A stretch of DNA of 63,119 nt, filler included, from Octopus bimaculoides (lineage: Eukaryota), in assembly GCF_001194135.2 (NCBI RefSeq). It is 6 parts of 6 records of this genome, joined end to end, with 100 filler letters (N's around TTAATTAATTAA, not from the genome) between each part and the next. Parts side by side here need not be neighbours in the genome. Positions count along the whole stretch, not along the records: positions 58,838 to 63,119 come from NC_068992.1; 5 more parts are not named here. The stretch is one strand, 5' to 3'. The stretch's first letter is position 1. Each line of letters starts with the position of its first letter. The position numbers and the translations under genes are program-made. Shown here piece by piece: positions 62,540 through 63,119 of the stretch. The notes under the pieces were generated by a model, which saw nothing but the letters and a program-made list of their open reading frames with translations, did not search any database and was not told where the DNA came from.

Positions 62540-62643
62540 CATATCTACATATTTATTTACGTGCCAACGCATATATGTATACATATATACATACATACAC
62601 ACACACACACACACATACACACACACACACAGACACACAGACA

Positions 62644-62697
<54 letters not shown>

Positions 62698-62760
62698 CAC
62701 GCACATACATAAATATATATACATATATATATATATATACATATATATGTATATATCTGT
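62540..62760. repeat. Compound (TA)n/(CA)n microsatellite
   Basis: Direct reading. Confidence 0.9.
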
Positions 62761-63085
62761 ATATTTACATCCATATATTATACACAGAGGCAGTCACAGG
62801 TGCACACCTACCCACACACCCACACCCAGAGACGCATTCCTTAGTATACGTGAGTACTTGTGCACCTTCATACAAAATACGTATGCATACACTCGTGTGC
62901 AAATGTGTGCGCATTTCCTTTGTTGTGAAATATACCGTTATTTCACTGGAAATATAAATCATTTTCAAGGAAATTAATTTCTTACGAATCACCTAGACGA
63001 AATAAACACACACATACACACAGACACACACACAGACACAGACACACACGCTCCACACATTTATATGTATATGTATTGATATATA

Positions 63086-63119
<34 letters not shown>

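Overview
Repeat-dense, AT-rich animal genomic DNA from a gapped draft assembly. It is probably a coleoid cephalopod such as Octopus; this is inferred from the SINE families and microsatellite load and is not verified. There are no prokaryotic features. One host gene is well supported on the + strand (31735-43451): five in-phase exons encoding two 6-cysteine group-A SRCR domains, a 36-nt linker microexon with competing GT and GC donors, and a hydrophobic C-terminus resembling a GPI signal or minimal TM anchor. Its 5' exons were not found. The rest is mostly transposon debris: a TIR-intact pogo element with an in-frame internal deletion, a Gypsy fragment, a cluster of Penelope-like elements (one split at its RT active-site motif by a solo LTR with a 4-bp TSD), Tc1 and mariner elements, a MITE, R4/Dong-type LINE fragments and many modular tRNA-derived SINEs. 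The least expected signals are several minimal hammerhead-ribozyme-like motifs with palindromic stem III (one in the putative 3' UTR of the SRCR gene, all with core substitutions), strong hairpins in the SRCR introns, and an unexplained AT-rich duplicated island at 17.7-19.9 kb. Five identical 100-bp N44-TTAATTAATTAA-N44 linkers mark artificial scaffold joins, so adjacency across them is unproven. I do not see strong evidence for a wholly new biological system.
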